A stretch of 64,000 bases of DNA from Fibrobacterota bacterium (GTDB lineage Bacteria > Fibrobacterota > Fibrobacteria > UBA5070): NCBI GenBank assembly GCA_016715065.1, contig JADKBN010000013.1, forward strand, positions 64,588 through 128,587, in the 5' to 3' direction. Below are positions 45,743-55,924 of this stretch, piece after piece; the stretch's first letter is position 1, and every line of letters starts with the position of its first letter. Position numbers and translations under genes: made by a program. The notes below the pieces were generated by a model, which saw only the letters and a program-made list of their open reading frames with translations, was not told the DNA's origin and searched no databases.

Positions 45743-46717
45743 TCATGGCGTCTTGTTCTGGACAAAGGCTGTCAAGGCGTCCACCACGAAGGCCATCTTG
45801 CGGTAGTCCAGGGTGCCGGCGGTGTCGGCGCGGCTGTGGTAGGCCTTGTTGCGATACAGGGAGGTGTTGGTCACCATGAACGCCGGGTAGCCGAACTTCC
45901 AGAAGTTCAGGTGGTCGCTGAAATCCACCCCCGGGGTGCTGGGTGCGGTGGAGAGCTGCTGGCAGGAAATGTCGCCCAAGTCGTTGGTGCGCTCCTGGAA
46001 CTCGTCGGCGAGATCGGAGGATCCCAAATCGGAGATCGCGGCGATGAAATTCCCCTTCGAGGGATAGAGCAGCGAATACATGGCGGAAGGATAGTCCTGC
46101 GTCGCGGTGTCCGAAAAGTACCCGATCATCTCGATGCTGGTCATTCCCACCAATGGCCAGGCGGAATCGTGCACCATCCTGGCGAAATGGTGGCTGCCCA
46201 TGTCCGCCGTGCGGAAGTAGGGAGGTTCTTCCAGAACGAACGCGACAAAAAGTGTTGTATACGGCGGGGGCGCGCCGCGCCGGACCAGGCGCGCCGTCTC
46301 CAGAAGGCCTGCGACACCGGATGCGTTGTCGTCGGCACCCGGCAAGTCCAGGTAGGTGTCGTAATGCGCGCCGAGGATCAACAAAGTGTCGGAGCGCCCG
46401 ACGACCTTGCAAAAAAGGTTGCGGTAGGCGCGCCCGTGAACCGAGAACACCTGGGAGTCACAGGGGATCTGGGCCTGCGCGAAGCCTGCTTGGATGAATT
46501 CGTAGGCGCGTTGGAGGTTCTCGGGCTGGTCGAAGCCGCGACCGTGGAGCGTGTCGGAAAGAAAGCGCACCGTCCGTTCCAAGGCTTCCGGGCGGGCTCG
46601 TTCCTTCGGGCTGGGCATTGGTGTGGAGCCGCAGGAAGCGAACAGCAGCGGGATTGCCGCCAGGAGCGAGTGTTTAGCCAGGAAGCGGGCGGTCTGGCGG
46701 TGCAGAGATAGGGGCAT
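45743..46717 (-). CDS. M28-family peptidase (aminopeptidase-like) lipoprotein
   Basis: The lipobox is LLFASCGS. Motifs are LILGAHYDT, GADDNASGVAGLLE and FVLEEPPY. Confidence 0.82.
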   Translation of the reverse strand: MPLSLHRQTARFLAKHSLLAAIPLLFASCGSTPMPSPKERARPEALERTVRFLSDTLHGRGFDQPENLQRAYEFIQAGFAQAQIPCDSQVFSVHGRAYRNLFCKVVGRSDTLLILGAHYDTYLDLPGADDNASGVAGLLETARLVRRGAPPPYTTLFVAFVLEEPPYFRTADMGSHHFARMVHDSAWPLVGMTSIEMIGYFSDTATQDYPSAMYSLLYPSKGNFIAAISDLGSSDLADEFQERTNDLGDISCQQLSTAPSTPGVDFSDHLNFWKFGYPAFMVTNTSLYRNKAYHSRADTAGTLDYRKMAFVVDALTAFVQNKTP

Positions 46718-47049
46718 AGAAGCACAGTACTCTCACCATACCGGGACTGCTGTCGAATTCCAAACGTCCCGAACAGGTCGGCAGAGGCTGCATCAAACTC
46801 TCTGTGGCTGCCAGCGGAAAAAGACACTACCTTCTCGGTAGCTCTCCTCGATCGTGGTCCGTACCCGGTCGAGCCCCAAAGACGGTCGCGATGAAACCCT
46901 TCCAACCAACCGATTCCAACGTCCAGGTGCATTGTTCGATGCAGATGGTTCCGTGTGTGGTTTGGCTTGGAGTCTCGAACGTATGATCGTCACCACGGTT
47001 GTTTCCCCACTGTCCTCTCGATCCCCCCAATTCCCATAAAGGAACGCAC

Positions 47050-48324
47050 ATGAAAAAGATTGGAATCCTGATCGCCACAAGCTTGCTCTTGGTTGGTTGC
47101 GAAGTATCCGGCACGGGAGGTTACGGCGACTCCGACAGCACGAATGTCCTCGGCACCGAATCGATTACGGAAAAGACGGGTCCTTCCAGCACCGGCGTGA
47201 TCAAGACCAACAGCGGCACCACGACCGTTTCGAAAATGGACGGCACATCCAGCTCTGGCGGCGGCGCTAGCACATCTGGCACGCAGACCTCCCCGACCAC
47301 CACGATCCCTGCCGGTCAGATCACCGCAGGAGAATGGAACGATCTGGTCAATTGGGGGTTCTGGAACACGCTGAATCTCAAGTCGGAGTTTTCCACACAC
47401 GCCACCTACTGGTGGTACAACCTCCGCAACCGGGTTTCCGTCCACGTCACCCAGCAGGGAACTCCGCAGGTGGATGCCCAAGTGGAGCTTTTGGGATCGG
47501 ATGGGAGGGTGCTGTGGACCGCACGCACCGACAACCAAGGCAACGCCCATTTGTGGCCGTCCGTGGTCAGTGATGGTCAGTCTTCCACCTCTGGCTTGCG
47601 GGCACGGGTGGGAAGCCAGGTTTTCGAGGACATCAAAGTCAACAGCCAGGGCGGGACTAACGATTTGGCCATCAGCTCCGGCAGTGGCAGCCCGGATGCG
47701 ATCGACGTGGCCTTCGTGGTGGACGCGACCGGATCGATGGGCGACGAACTGGATTACCTGAAAGAAGAATTGAAGGATGTGATCGCCAGCGTCCGCAGCC
47801 AGAACGCGAACACGGCCATCAACACCGGAAGCGTCTACTACCGCGACCAGAGCGACCTCTTCGTGACGAGGGTTTCCGGTTTCACCACGAACATCGATCA
47901 GACGGTCCGTTTTGTGAGTGAACAGTTCGCCGGCGGCGGGGGCGACTACCCGGAAGCTGTGCACACGGCATTGGACGTGTCGCTCAACAGCCTGAATTGG
48001 TCCAACTCGGCCAAGGCGAGAATCATGTTCATCGTGCTGGACGCCCCTCCCCATTACGATACGACCATTGTCAACAAGATTCATGAACTGGTCCGCGCGG
48101 CCAGCGCCAAAGGGGTGAGGATCATCCCCGTAGCATGCAGCGGCGTCAACAAACAAACCGAATTCCTCCTGCGCTACATGGCCATCGCGACCGGCGGCAC
48201 CTACGTGTTTGTGACCGACGACAGCGGCATCGGCGGAAGCCACCTGGTCGCCTCCGTGGGCGACTACAAGGTGGAGTTCCTGAATTCCCTGATGGTCCGG
48301 CTGATCAACGAGCGGATCAAGTAA
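47050..48324 (+). CDS. vWA-domain lipoprotein with a Ser/Thr/Gly-rich linker, 424 aa
   Basis: The lipobox is LLLVGCE. The MIDAS motif is DVAFVVDATGSMGDEL. Another motif is ...FIVLDAPPHYD. Confidence 0.8.
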   Translation: MKKIGILIATSLLLVGCEVSGTGGYGDSDSTNVLGTESITEKTGPSSTGVIKTNSGTTTVSKMDGTSSSGGGASTSGTQTSPTTTIPAGQITAGEWNDLVNWGFWNTLNLKSEFSTHATYWWYNLRNRVSVHVTQQGTPQVDAQVELLGSDGRVLWTARTDNQGNAHLWPSVVSDGQSSTSGLRARVGSQVFEDIKVNSQGGTNDLAISSGSGSPDAIDVAFVVDATGSMGDELDYLKEELKDVIASVRSQNANTAINTGSVYYRDQSDLFVTRVSGFTTNIDQTVRFVSEQFAGGGGDYPEAVHTALDVSLNSLNWSNSAKARIMFIVLDAPPHYDTTIVNKIHELVRAASAKGVRIIPVACSGVNKQTEFLLRYMAIATGGTYVFVTDDSGIGGSHLVASVGDYKVEFLNSLMVRLINERIK

Positions 48325-48332
48325 TAGGAGTG

Positions 48333-48476
48333 TGATCCTCCGCTCGTCCTGAGGAGGCGGTGAAACCGCCGTCTCGAAGGGCGCGTGGAGGATGCGTTCC
48401 TACAAAACGAGGTGTTTCTCGATACGCCGCCGCCCTTCGAGACGCGGCGGAGCCGCTCCTCAGGACGAACGGCTTT
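48333..48476. repeat. Long imperfect inverted repeat between convergent genes. It has two 13-bp perfect arm segments (tcgtcctgaggag/ctcctcaggacga and gtctcgaagggcg/cgcccttcgagac) around a spacer of about 40 bp
   Basis: I read it directly. It is a likely bidirectional terminator or structured element. Confidence 0.5.
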
Positions 48477-48503
48477 CATCCCCTTCGCTTTCCCACAAAA
48501 CGT

Positions 48504-49142
48504 TCAGGCGATGCCGAGCGCTTTGTGCATCTGGAAGGACAATCGCCACGCCGGACGTGCCATGCACGCTTCCACGCTGGCGCGGCGGTTCGCGGCAGCC
48601 TTGGCGGGATCCGGATCGTCCATGGGCTGCAGGAACCGGTGTTGGAATTCCAACGCTTCCAGTTCGATCAGATCCAGCGGTTGCGGCCAGACCACCTTCA
48701 GCTCGTGGCCGGTCTTCTGGATCCAGCGCGATCCGGCCTTGGGGCTGACCGTGATCCAGTCCACTCCCGGCAGGACAGTATTTGTTCCATTGGTTTCCAG
48801 CGCGACCGAGAATCCTTCCCGATGCAGAGCCTCCACCAGGCGGGAATCGAGTTGGAGCGTGGGCTCGCCCCCGGTGCAGACCACCAGAGGTTCGCCTCCC
48901 GTGGCGTTCCACAAGGATTTCACGGTTTCAGCCAGCGATCGGGCGTCCGGATAGACGCCGGCTCTGGGTCCCGAAAGCGAGACGAAATCGGTATCGCAAA
49001 ACCGGCAGACGGCCGTTTCCCGGGTGGCGGGGTCGCCGTTCCACAGATTGCACCCGGCGAACCGCAAAAACACCGCGGCCCGCCCGGACTGGGCGCCTTC
49101 GCCTTGCAATGTTGCGAAGATCTCCTGGACGCGGTAGCTCAA
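48504..49142 (-). CDS. queE: 7-carboxy-7-deazaguanine synthase (radical SAM)
   Basis: Motifs are [34 protein letters not shown]. The putative TTG start overlaps the queC stop (TTGA). The longer ORF to 49214 is rejected. Confidence 0.8.
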   Translation of the reverse strand: MSYRVQEIFATLQGEGAQSGRAAVFLRFAGCNLWNGDPATRETAVCRFCDTDFVSLSGPRAGVYPDARSLAETVKSLWNATGGEPLVVCTGGEPTLQLDSRLVEALHREGFSVALETNGTNTVLPGVDWITVSPKAGSRWIQKTGHELKVVWPQPLDLIELEALEFQHRFLQPMDDPDPAKAAANRRASVEACMARPAWRLSFQMHKALGIA

Positions 49143-49846
49143 GCCAGGCCAAACCGGGTCAGCAAAGGATCGACAAGCCCCGCGCCAGCGAAGCCGGCCA
49201 AGCGCAGTTGGCACGAGTCGCAGCGCAGACAGGGCCGTCCGTCCGAGGCGGGGTCGTAGCAGGAGCGCGTGCGGGAGTAGTCCACCCCAAGCGTGGTGCC
49301 CAGCCGGATGATTTCCGATTTGGACAGCCTTTGCAGGGGGGCGACTACCTGCAGGCCTTCCCCTTCGGTGCCGATGCGAGTGGCGAGATTGGCCATGCGC
49401 TCGAAGGCCTCGATGAATTCAGGGCGGCAGTCGGGGTAGCCGGAATAATCCACCGCGTTGACCCCGATGTAGATGCGGGAGGCATCCAGAACTTCCGCCC
49501 ACGCCAGGGCAAACGAAAGGAAAACCGTGTTGCGCGCCGGGACGTAGGTGGTGGGGACGCCGCCGCCGATCTCGGATTCCGAGCGACCTTTGGGGACCTC
49601 GCCGTGGCCGGTCAGCGACGATCCTCCCAGACTGGACAAATCGATGTCCACCGTTCGGTGCGAGGCCGCTCCCATGGCGCGGGAAAGGTCGGAGGCGGCT
49701 TCCAGTTCCAGGCTGTGGCGTTGGCCGTAACGGAAGGCGAGCGTGTGGCAGGCTCCCCCTTCCCGCAAGGCGCAGGCAAGCACGGTGGCGGAATCCAAAC
49801 CGCCGGACAGGAGCACGATGGCAGGCTTTTTTCCCGATTCCGTCAT
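49139..49846 (-). CDS. queC: 7-cyano-7-deazaguanine synthase
   Basis: The PP-loop is [13 protein letters not shown]. The C-terminal Zn-binding Cys cluster is [17 protein letters not shown]. Confidence 0.9.
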   Translation of the reverse strand: MTESGKKPAIVLLSGGLDSATVLACALREGGACHTLAFRYGQRHSLELEAASDLSRAMGAASHRTVDIDLSSLGGSSLTGHGEVPKGRSESEIGGGVPTTYVPARNTVFLSFALAWAEVLDASRIYIGVNAVDYSGYPDCRPEFIEAFERMANLATRIGTEGEGLQVVAPLQRLSKSEIIRLGTTLGVDYSRTRSCYDPASDGRPCLRCDSCQLRLAGFAGAGLVDPLLTRFGLA

Positions 49847-49921
49847 GCGCTCAAGATACCTTCCCGCTGGAAGGAAGAAGGTCGCAAGTCGCCTTCACGT
49901 TCCTAGGTTTGCGCCCCAAGG

Positions 49922-52018
49922 ATGAATGTTTTGAAAGCAAATCCAGACCGGATTCGCAAGGCGGCGATTGGTTTTTTTGTGGTGGTGATCGCTGCCACTT
50001 CGGTCGCGACCTATTTCGCCATCTTCCAGCTGGGCCGGGAAAACGCTCGTCTCGAGCGCATGGTTCGCCTGCGAGAGATGGCCTCAGGGGCTTGGCGAGA
50101 CCAGTTCCAAGCTGTGCGCAGCGGGGCACTGGACCTTGCTCGCCAAAATGGCCTCCAATCCAAGGTTCAGGTGGACACCAGTGGAATTTTCCTGGCGAGG
50201 TTGGATCAGGCGATGGATCTGATCGGTGCGGACATGGGGTTCGTCCTGGACCCGAAAGGAAAGGTGGTCCTGCGCATCCAAAGCCCGGAGGATAAGGAGA
50301 TCCTCGGCTCCGACCTATCGTTTCGCCGGTATTTCCAAAACGGATCCCGTCTTTCACCGGACCTTTTTGCTGCGTTGGGCGCCTACACCCGCAAACGAGG
50401 CTTGTACGCTTCCGCACCGGTGATCTCTGGAGCCAAGTTCCTCGGTGTGGTTGTCCTGCGCTTGCGCGCCGAGGAGATCGAGCACAAATGGTTCCACGAA
50501 ATCACCGATCCCATCTGCCTGATCAGCCCGGAAGGTGTGGTGTTCGCAAGCAACAAACCGGACCTGGTGATGCGTTTGCTGCCGGGTGCGGATTCACGGC
50601 TCGAGCGGATCCGCAAATCCCGCCAGTTCGGGGATTCCGTCGCCTTTTTGGAATTTGATCTTTTGGATCCGGCGGTCCGATACGACGGCCAAGCTTTCCG
50701 TACCTTGCGCCGCGACCTGGGAGAGGGTTGGATCCTGGTTTCACTGCTGCCGCAAGACGCCCGACTTCCGCTGACTCGTTGGCAGATCGGCGCGACCATC
50801 GGCGTCGGGCTTTCGTGGATGCTGCTTTTGGCGGTGGCGGGGGTCTCCTTGGCGGGGCTTTTGGCAGTGCGCCGGACCCAGGAAGAGCGCGACAGGCTTT
50901 CTCGCCGACTGGACGAAGCCGAGCGACTGGAATCGATGGGGCGCCTTGCGGGGGGCGTCGCGCATGATTTCAACAACGTGCTCACGGCCATCATCGGCTA
51001 CTCCTCGGTGTTGGAGCATCGCCTGGTGGACCAGCCTGCCGAGAGCGAATTGGCCAAGCGCGTCGGGCAGGCGGCCCGGCGGGCTTCCGAAACCATCCGC
51101 CAATTGCTGGCTTTCGCCCGCCGATCCGGTCTTCAAGCAAGGCCACTGTCCCTGCACGATCTCATAGGCGAGATCGGGCAGTTGCTGGGGCATACCTTTT
51201 CTCGGGCCATCCGCATGGAGTTCGACCTCCAGGCCGAACGCGACGTGGTGATCGGCGATGTCAACCACCTCCACCAGGCCTTGCTGAACCTGGCCATCAA
51301 TTCGCGCGACGCCATGCCCAAAGGGGGAGTGATCCGCATCTCCACCCGGACCGATCCGTTCCGTCCCGGCGAACGGGTGGAACTTCGCGTTTCCGACACC
51401 GGATCGGGGATTTCCTCGGAGGTTCTGCCCCACGTGTTCGAGCCGTTCTACACCACCAAGCACGGGGGAAAGGGGACCGGGCTGGGCTTGGCCTCCGTGT
51501 GGGGGACCATCCAGCGCCATGGCGGGGCGATCACGGTGGGGAACCGTCCGGGCGAAGGAGCGGAATTTGTCATCAGCTTGCCGCTGGCAGGCGAAGGCAT
51601 CCGACCGGATCCCGTTCCGTCGCTGCCCGAGGTTCCGCTTGCGGTCCGGAAATTGCGCATCGCCGCCCTGGACGACGACCTCCACGTGCTGGATGCCATT
51701 TCCACCATGGTCCACACCATGGGACACACCGTGGAGGTCTTCGCGGATTTCCAGTCCTTGCGCACACGCTTGAGCATGACCACCCCGTTTGATCTGGTCA
51801 TCCTGGATCTGGACATGCCCGATGTCGGGGGCTTGGAAGTGCTGCGTTGGCTGCGCCGCGAGCGCATCCAGATTCCCGTGATGGTGGCTTCGGGCCATAC
51901 CGGCGCCAACACCTACGAGGAAGTCCGAAGGTTGGGCGTGCGACAATATCTGCGCAAACCGTTCGGAGCCCAGGACCTGCAGAAGGCCATCGAGGAGACC
52001 TTGCGTCCGGTCGTGTGA
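49922..52018 (+). CDS. Hybrid sensor histidine kinase: periplasmic Cache-like sensor, HisKA, HATPase and a C-terminal receiver domain
   Basis: There are two TM helices (residues about 15-35 and 290-315). The H-box is VAHDFNNVLTAIIGY. The N-box is NLAINSRDAM. The G-boxes are DTGSGI and GTGLGL. The REC domain reads AALDDDLHVLD...LILDLDMPDVGG. Confidence 0.9.
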   Translation: MNVLKANPDRIRKAAIGFFVVVIAATSVATYFAIFQLGRENARLERMVRLREMASGAWRDQFQAVRSGALDLARQNGLQSKVQVDTSGIFLARLDQAMDLIGADMGFVLDPKGKVVLRIQSPEDKEILGSDLSFRRYFQNGSRLSPDLFAALGAYTRKRGLYASAPVISGAKFLGVVVLRLRAEEIEHKWFHEITDPICLISPEGVVFASNKPDLVMRLLPGADSRLERIRKSRQFGDSVAFLEFDLLDPAVRYDGQAFRTLRRDLGEGWILVSLLPQDARLPLTRWQIGATIGVGLSWMLLLAVAGVSLAGLLAVRRTQEERDRLSRRLDEAERLESMGRLAGGVAHDFNNVLTAIIGYSSVLEHRLVDQPAESELAKRVGQAARRASETIRQLLAFARRSGLQARPLSLHDLIGEIGQLLGHTFSRAIRMEFDLQAERDVVIGDVNHLHQALLNLAINSRDAMPKGGVIRISTRTDPFRPGERVELRVSDTGSGISSEVLPHVFEPFYTTKHGGKGTGLGLASVWGTIQRHGGAITVGNRPGEGAEFVISLPLAGEGIRPDPVPSLPEVPLAVRKLRIAALDDDLHVLDAISTMVHTMGHTVEVFADFQSLRTRLSMTTPFDLVILDLDMPDVGGLEVLRWLRRERIQIPVMVASGHTGANTYEEVRRLGVRQYLRKPFGAQDLQKAIEETLRPVV

Positions 52019-52057
52019 CGGAAAATGACAACCATCCCGCCCGCATGCGGAGGTGGG

Positions 52058-52088
52058 AAACCGCGTTTTGCTCGGCGGTTTTCTCGTC
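52058..52088 (+). terminator. Candidate intrinsic terminator: stem aaaccgc / gcggttt around a 10-nt loop, then tctcgtc
   Basis: It lies 40 nt after the kinase stop codon. The hairpin and the downstream U-rich tract were read directly. Confidence 0.45.
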
Positions 52089-52207
52089 CCGGGGTATTGT
52101 GTTCGGGGGGTGCGCGAATATATGCTATTGAGCGTGAGGGCACTCCGCTCCTCTGGCGGATCCGCGTTTCCGGGTCCCGGTGGGGGTGCCGACCGGGGGA
52201 GGGTGTC

Positions 52208-52891
52208 ATGAGCCACGAATTCCTTTCAAGCCACACGGCCCGGTTCGCCGAGTGCGTGCGGGATTGCTTTCGCGACATGTTGGGGACGGAGATCGTCCTG
52301 GATGGTTCGGTGTGCGACGACCACCCCTTCGCGCCGAGAAGACCGGTGGTGGTCATGATCCACTTCACGGGTCGCATCCAGGGCGACTACGTGATCAATC
52401 TCGAGGAGGAAACCGCCTCGGGCCTGATCGGCGCCTGGAGCGAAGGGATGGCCCCCTCGGAATTGAAGGAGCTGCGCAAGGAGTTCGGCGGTCTGCTCAA
52501 GGAAGTCTTGAACACCGCCGTGGGCATGGCCATTCCCCTGGTCGAGGAGAAATACGGTCGCCTGACCTACCATCCTCCCATGGTCTTCTACGGCGAACTG
52601 GATCCGCCCGACGTGCCCAGCGGAACCATGACCCTTCGGTCGGGAGCGGGTTCCATCGATTGCTGCCTTGTATTGGACATGGCCGGCGACGATCTGGAAC
52701 AGAAGCTCGTGAGGGTGATGGAAGACCTCGACAAGGCCAAGGAGGAAATGGCCATCTGCTACCGGGTGCTGGCCGAACTCATCGCGCCGTCTCATCGCGA
52801 GAAGCTCGACCCGATCCTGGTGGGACAAGCCGAGACGGTGCTTCGGGAGGTGCACGACATGCTCGAATCCTCCGGGTCCACGGTGGACTAG
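52208..52891 (+). CDS. CheX/CheC-like chemotaxis phosphatase domain protein (putative), 227 aa
   Basis: Similarity is from MIHFTGRIQGDYVINLEEETASGLIGA...LLKEVLNTAVGMA. The C-terminal extension is acidic. The assignment is tentative. Confidence 0.5.
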   Translation: MSHEFLSSHTARFAECVRDCFRDMLGTEIVLDGSVCDDHPFAPRRPVVVMIHFTGRIQGDYVINLEEETASGLIGAWSEGMAPSELKELRKEFGGLLKEVLNTAVGMAIPLVEEKYGRLTYHPPMVFYGELDPPDVPSGTMTLRSGAGSIDCCLVLDMAGDDLEQKLVRVMEDLDKAKEEMAICYRVLAELIAPSHREKLDPILVGQAETVLREVHDMLESSGSTVD

Positions 52892-53709
52892 GCTTCGGAG
52901 AATTCTCCGAACACGAATCTGTCCAAGGCCTGGGCGACACCGTCGTCCATGTTGGAACCGGTCACGTGGTCGGCGGCGTCGCGCACGGCTTGAGGCCCGT
53001 TGGCCATGCACACGCCCAGTCCCGCCCATTGGAGCATGCCCAGATCGTTGTAGCTGTCGCCCACTGCCAGCACCTCGTCCGAATTCACGGACAGCCGATC
53101 GGCGAGGTGCCCCAGGCTGTGCTTCTTGTCGATGCCCAGACTGGTGAATTCCAGGAAAAACGGCTTGGAGATCACCATGTTCATCCGGCCCTCCACGCGA
53201 GGCCGCAGCCGGTCGGCGGTCTCTTTGAGCCGTTCGGGCTCGTCGACCACGATCACCTTGATGGCGTCCTCGACGATGGCCTTCTTGAAGTCGGGCACCT
53301 CCACCACGTCCATGCCCGTGAGCGTGCGCTCCACCTCCGTCCAGGGGTTGGCGCGGGGCGTGACGATCTGGTCGTTCACATAGGAAAGGATTCCCGCGTC
53401 GTGTTCGCAGGCCAAGTCGTGGATCTCGTGGATGAGTTCGCGGGCCAGGGCCTGCTCGAAGACCACGCTCCCGGTGGTGCAATCAGTGACCACCGCCCCG
53501 TTGAACGAAATGATCCAGCCGCCATGGGCCGCCAGTTCCAGTTCGCGAGCGTAGCGCCAGATGGCGCCGGTGGGCCGGCCGGAAGCCAACACCACTTTCA
53601 CGCCTTGCGCCTGGGCGCGCATCAGGCTGGCCTTGGTGCGTGGCGAGATGGTGAGATCTTCGCGCAACAGGGTATCGTCGAGATCCAGCACGATCATCCG
53701 GTAGGCCAT
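52888..53709 (-). CDS. Cof-type HAD-IIB phosphatase
   Basis: Motifs are MIVLDLDDTLL, GRPT, KKHSLGHL and VGDSYNDLGML. It is 273 aa. Confidence 0.85.
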   Translation of the reverse strand: MAYRMIVLDLDDTLLREDLTISPRTKASLMRAQAQGVKVVLASGRPTGAIWRYARELELAAHGGWIISFNGAVVTDCTTGSVVFEQALARELIHEIHDLACEHDAGILSYVNDQIVTPRANPWTEVERTLTGMDVVEVPDFKKAIVEDAIKVIVVDEPERLKETADRLRPRVEGRMNMVISKPFFLEFTSLGIDKKHSLGHLADRLSVNSDEVLAVGDSYNDLGMLQWAGLGVCMANGPQAVRDAADHVTGSNMDDGVAQALDRFVFGEFSEA

Positions 53710-53777
53710 GGAACGCTTCCTGGTGGGAGTGGTAAGCCACCCCGCAGCAAGCTGCGGGGAACGTGACCCGAAGTGAT

Positions 53778-54593
53778 TCAGGCCGGTCGGCGCGGAGGAG
53801 TCAGGCCTTCCAACGGGCTGGAAGCGGATCCGTAGAGTTTGCGGGGGATGCGCACGGCCAGGTACGAGTCGCGACCGGCTTCGCAGGCGGCTTTCATGGC
53901 GCGCGCCATGCGCACGGGGTCTTGGGCCTTGGCGATGGGGGTGTTCAAGAGCACGCCGTCCACACCCAACTCCATGGCCTCGGCCACGTCCGATGCGCTT
54001 CCCAGTCCGGCATCGATCAGCACGGGAGCCTTCACGGACTCCAGGATGATGCGGATATTGGAAGGGTTGAGCACACCTTGGCCGGACCCGATGGGTCCGC
54101 CCGCGGGCATGATGGCGGCCGGTTCCAGGCGGTCCAGGAGTTGGGCCAGCACGGGGTCGTCGTTGGTGTAGATCATGAGATCGAAGCCTTCGTCCTTCAG
54201 GATGCGCGCGGCTTCCAAGGTGCCGATGGGATCGGGCAGAAGAGTCTTTTGATCGAACAGGACTTCCAGCTTCAGAAGCTTCCAGCCCATGGAACGCGAC
54301 AACCGCGCGATGCGCAGAGCATCCTGGACATTGAAGGCGCCCGCCGTGTTGGGCAGGATGGTGTAGCGCGAAGGGTCGATGGCATCGAAGATCCCTTTGC
54401 CTTTGGGGGCGGAAAGGTCCACGCGCCCCAAGGCCACGGTCACGATCTGGGTGCCGGAAGCATCCAGGGCTTCGGTCATGATCTCGTGGGAATCGTATTT
54501 GCCGGTGCCCACCAACAGGCGACTGGTGTAGGTCTGGCCGGCGATGACAAACGGGCGATCGACTGGAGTTTCCGAGTTTTCCATAGGTGGCAC
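53778..54593 (-). CDS. thiG: Thiazole synthase
   Basis: Motifs are FVIAGQTYTSRLLVGTGKY, ILPNTAG and IMPAGGPIGSGQG. Confidence 0.9.
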   Translation of the reverse strand: MPPMENSETPVDRPFVIAGQTYTSRLLVGTGKYDSHEIMTEALDASGTQIVTVALGRVDLSAPKGKGIFDAIDPSRYTILPNTAGAFNVQDALRIARLSRSMGWKLLKLEVLFDQKTLLPDPIGTLEAARILKDEGFDLMIYTNDDPVLAQLLDRLEPAAIMPAGGPIGSGQGVLNPSNIRIILESVKAPVLIDAGLGSASDVAEAMELGVDGVLLNTPIAKAQDPVRMARAMKAACEAGRDSYLAVRIPRKLYGSASSPLEGLTPPRRPA

Positions 54594-54651
54594 CTAAGGT
54601 AACAAGGCACGCCCGCCAGAGCCCTGCCACTCGAGCTACCTTGGGACCCCT

Positions 54652-55404
54652 ATGTCTTGGAAAGAAGCGCTGCACCGCAAAGCCGTGGCCTGGAAGGCCG
54701 GTACCGAACACCTGGTGTACGGAAGGCCCATCCTGCGCGACTGGGCCGCTGGAAAGGCCCGGACCGACCGTTCCATCCGGGTGCTGGACATCGGGTGCGG
54801 CTATGGCGACGACCTGGACGCCATCCGCCAGAAATTGGCGGGCAAGGCGGATCTCTTCGGGCTGGAAGGATATGCGCCCTACCGGCAGCGCTGCGCCGAG
54901 CGCGGGATCGACGCCCGCGACGGCGACGTGGAACGCGGCCGTCTGCCGTTTGCCGACGGCGGTCTGGACATCGTGCTGATGAACCAGGTCCTGGAGCACA
55001 CCAAGGACCTGTTCTGGATCTTCTCCGAAGTGTCCCGCGTGCTGCCGCCGGGCGGACAATTTCTGGTGGGCGTTCCCAACCTCGCCGCCTGGCACGACCG
55101 CGCCATGCTATTGGTGGGGATGCAGCCATCGGGGATGAAGGTGCTGGGGCCGCACGTGCGGGGATTCACGGTGCCGGGCATGAAGGCCTTCGCCGAGGCC
55201 GACGGGTTTTTCCAGGTGACCGCCTACGCCGGAAGCGGATTCTACCCGTTCCCGGAAAAATGCGCGATCCGGCTGGCCAAGTGGTTTCCGTCGCTTGCCA
55301 CAGGCATCTTCTTTCGCATCGAGCGCACCGACAAGTCGGGATCGTTCCTGGAAGTGCTGCGCTCGCGCCGCTTCGAGACGGCCTACTACGAAGGTCCGAA
55401 GTAG
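54652..55404 (+). CDS. Class I SAM-dependent methyltransferase (Methyltransf_11-like)
   Basis: Motifs are VLDIGCGYGDDL, DIVLMNQVLEH and PGGQFLVGVPN. Confidence 0.78.
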   Translation: MSWKEALHRKAVAWKAGTEHLVYGRPILRDWAAGKARTDRSIRVLDIGCGYGDDLDAIRQKLAGKADLFGLEGYAPYRQRCAERGIDARDGDVERGRLPFADGGLDIVLMNQVLEHTKDLFWIFSEVSRVLPPGGQFLVGVPNLAAWHDRAMLLVGMQPSGMKVLGPHVRGFTVPGMKAFAEADGFFQVTAYAGSGFYPFPEKCAIRLAKWFPSLATGIFFRIERTDKSGSFLEVLRSRRFETAYYEGPK

Positions 55405-55423
55405 GGGGTCGCCGTCGGATCCG

Positions 55424-55924
55424 TCAGTTTCTGTCTGTCCAGCGCACCAACTGGTAGGTGGGGATGCCCGCGGCGTCGCGCACCGTGCGCAGCCGGAATT
55501 CGGCCTGGCCCAGCACCTCCACCGGGTCGCCCGCGATGGCCATGGTCATGCGCAGACGGGGAAGGGTCCAGGTGGTTTCGGCGGGGGCGGCCTCGGCACG
55601 CGGGCGCCCGTCGCGGACCACTTCCACGCTCACGTCCGAGATCGCCTGGAACATCCTGCGGTGCCTGTCCAGTTCGACTTCCTTGCCCCATCCGTCGGTG
55701 GATCCGGCCGACAAGGAGGATGGATCCGGCTCGAACTGGTAGTCGTCGGCCAAGAGCCGATCCAGGGAACTGGCAGAACGCGTCTCGTAGGCTTGGCCGA
55801 ACAGTTCGAAGAACGCCTCCGGGGAATCCGCCGTGCGCAAGGCGGCCTTGCGCGGATCCATCTCGTCTGCCGTGAACAGGCATCCGGAAAAGGCCAAAGC
55901 GAGCAACAACACGGATCGGTTCAT
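55424..55924 (-). CDS. Small hypothetical lipoprotein, 166 aa
   Basis: The lipobox in MNRSVLLLALAFSGC is LAFSGC. There is a 4-nt ATGA overlap with the upstream gene. Confidence 0.5.
   Translation of the reverse strand: MNRSVLLLALAFSGCLFTADEMDPRKAALRTADSPEAFFELFGQAYETRSASSLDRLLADDYQFEPDPSSLSAGSTDGWGKEVELDRHRRMFQAISDVSVEVVRDGRPRAEAAPAETTWTLPRLRMTMAIAGDPVEVLGQAEFRLRTVRDAAGIPTYQLVRWTDRN

Noticed and set aside
46718-47049. A possible structured RNA or riboswitch in the 330-bp divergent spacer between the M28 peptidase and the vWA lipoprotein
   Set aside because: I could not identify a coherent conserved fold or known riboswitch motif. It is probably just a divergent promoter region.
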